Origin: Trichoplax sp. H2
Taxonomy: Eukaryota
Assembly: GCA_003344405.1 (NCBI GenBank)
Contig: NOWV01000126.1
Coordinates: forward strand, 186,001-223,565
Direction of reading: 5' to 3'
Length of the DNA stretch: 37,565 bases
A model generated the notes under the pieces. That model was not told where the DNA came from and ran no database searches. It was given only the letters and a program-made list of their open reading frames with translations. Of the stretch, positions 37,292 through 37,565 are shown piece by piece. Positions within the stretch are counted from its first letter, which is position 1; the number at the start of each line of letters is the position of its first letter. Made by a program: the position numbers and the translations under genes.

Positions 37292-37565
37292 GTTTAGTAG
37301 CTTAAAACTTAACTGTCAATGGCAACTTGTCTAATGTTCAGGAACGAAGAACTATCTCTGAAATTTACTAATGCATTCTAATGCAAGATACATATCTATA
37401 ATTACCAAGATCTATGCTACTTTAACAAATAAATAAGTTGCTTATTCCAATTTTCATTTTTACAATGAAATTTAGTTATCTGAAAAGTTCATATAATCGG
37501 TAAATTATCATTATTATAAAGAAAATTAAGAAGAAATGAAAGGGCAATTAATGAACGTTACGATT

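Overview
AT-rich (roughly 30% GC by eye) eukaryotic, animal-like genomic DNA from a draft assembly with three 20-N gaps. The style resembles a placozoan such as Trichoplax, but that is inference only. The only well-supported genes are three intronless, co-oriented (minus-strand) paralogous class A (rhodopsin-like) orphan GPCRs with altered TM6/TM7 microswitch motifs. The intergenic DNA carries a family of short (about 360-640 bp) non-coding mobile elements with TG...CA ends and 5-bp target-site duplications, resembling solo LTRs. They share small hairpins at the left end, about 60 bp inside, and at the right end, and the hairpins show compensatory base changes between subfamilies. Six copies are clear (one truncated by a gap) and up to three more are degenerate. 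For two insertions the assembly shows the filled site and the empty pre-insertion site side by side across a gap, which suggests heterozygous insertions.
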